Both the position numbers and the translations under genes were made by a program. A stretch of 64,000 nt of DNA from contig CBDCCI010000002.1 in assembly GCA_965214705.1 (NCBI GenBank), positions 2,912,001 through 2,976,000 of the forward strand, written 5' to 3'. Positions 63,835-64,000 of this stretch are shown here, piece by piece. A model generated the notes under the pieces. The model was not told the DNA's origin. It was given only the letters and a program-made list of their open reading frames with translations, and did not search any database. Origin of the DNA: Alphaproteobacteria bacterium (GTDB lineage: Bacteria; Pseudomonadota; Alphaproteobacteria; UBA828). The stretch's first letter is position 1. The number at the start of each line of letters is the position of its first letter.

Positions 63835-64000
63835 GCCAAGCTCTGGAGAGGGCAATCGGAATTGCCGCACAGACCCTGACGCTGCGGGCCAGCGGTCGGC
63901 CGCCACACCGTGCCCTCATGCGCAGCCGCTGTATCGGAGCCTGCCCGGTGACGCCTTCCGACCGCCAGCCTCAGACCGCCGATCAGCAATCGGTTACGGA

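Overview
GC-rich bacterial DNA, most likely alphaproteobacterial given the RpoH sequence, the fixNOQPGHIS/cco organisation and fixLJ. The left ~21 kb is a stress/detox region: katG (partial) divergent from oxyR, a ~5 kb insert bracketed by a duplicated oxyR 3' end, KefB/C, VOC, GST, ArsR-SRPBCC, a flavin disulfide reductase, rpoH and an ECF42-type sigma/YciI operon. From 22 to 62 kb lies a low-oxygen/dormancy-like island: ccoNOQPGHIS, fixLJ, three intact USPs, Hsp20, FtsH, a Lon-like protease, an APH+AAA kinase, DksA/TraR, FNT, CYTH-CHAD, a Na/Pi transporter and several decayed paralogs. The window ends with cbpA-cbpM. Five observations stand out. (1) An intact IS66-family element (8-bp TSD, GTAAC TIRs) carries a compact DNA adenine methyltransferase coupled to its transposase. 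(2) A PurA paralog with the PurZ/PurZ0-type GSEGKG motif and many other active-site substitutions sits downstream of small coupled ORFs, one a stand-alone Cas2-like protein, with no phage context. (3) A 37-bp motif occurs three times, each upstream of a minus-strand operon, and is a candidate FixJ site. (4) An ornithine carbamoyltransferase has an altered ornithine pocket. (5) An ISKra4/ISLre2-type IS and two MITEs are present. All family calls come from motif recognition by eye, not from database searches.
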